NCBI GenBank assembly: GCA_042219045.1
Contig: JBDGQO010000079.1
Span: 1-16,829, forward strand
Length of the DNA: 16,829 bases
Reading direction: 5' to 3'
Source of the DNA: Candidatus Bipolaricaulia bacterium
GTDB taxonomy: Bacteria > Bipolaricaulota > Bipolaricaulia > RBG-16-55-9
This document shows positions 16,731-16,829 of the stretch, piece by piece; positions within the stretch are counted from its first letter, which is position 1, and every line of letters begins with the position of its first letter. The notes under the pieces are model-generated. The model saw only the letters and a program-made list of their open reading frames with translations, was not told where the DNA came from and searched no databases. The position numbers and the translations under genes are program-made.

Positions 16731-16829
16731 TGCGAATCATGCCCCTCGGCCTGACCGCTCAGCTCCGGTCTGGCCACCGAGCCTCCGGGCATCGAGTCTT
16801 GCGTGCCATTCTCGTCTGCAAACATGGGA

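Noticed and set aside
1..16829. CRISPR array, integron cassette array, or complete tRNA/rRNA genes
   Set aside because: No regularly spaced repeats, no integrase or attC series, and no complete cloverleaf or rRNA signature were seen.

Overview
This is a GC-rich (by eye about 60-65%) bacterial accessory or patchwork region with no rRNA, full tRNA or CRISPR array. From left to right: a 5'-truncated P1B-type heavy-metal ATPase with an atypical YPC motif; a decayed IS630-family remnant; a small acidic ORF that seems to start at ATC; a divergent DUF192-like exported protein; a strongly structured ~200-nt intergenic segment (candidate ncRNA); and a secreted protein with a dockerin/EF-hand-like tail. 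Next comes a ~5.2 kb block bracketed by two inverted 93-bp TA-flanked MITE-like elements. It carries an inverted-topology (NewPHL-like) photolyase coupled to a 52-aa DUF2256-like gene missing from the ORF track, a DUF4385-like gene, a membrane-anchored J-domain protein and a Tat-exported serine hydrolase. The right part encodes a secreted metzincin, a secreted alpha/beta hydrolase, a SRAP (YedK/HMCES) protein, an out-of-context RemA/DUF370 gene with a GNAT, an acidic beta-propeller-like lipoprotein and a YdcF/DUF218 protein. Acidic exported proteins and domain style suggest a halophilic bacterium, possibly Candidatus Bipolaricaulota (inference only). Family assignments come from motif recognition, not database searches.
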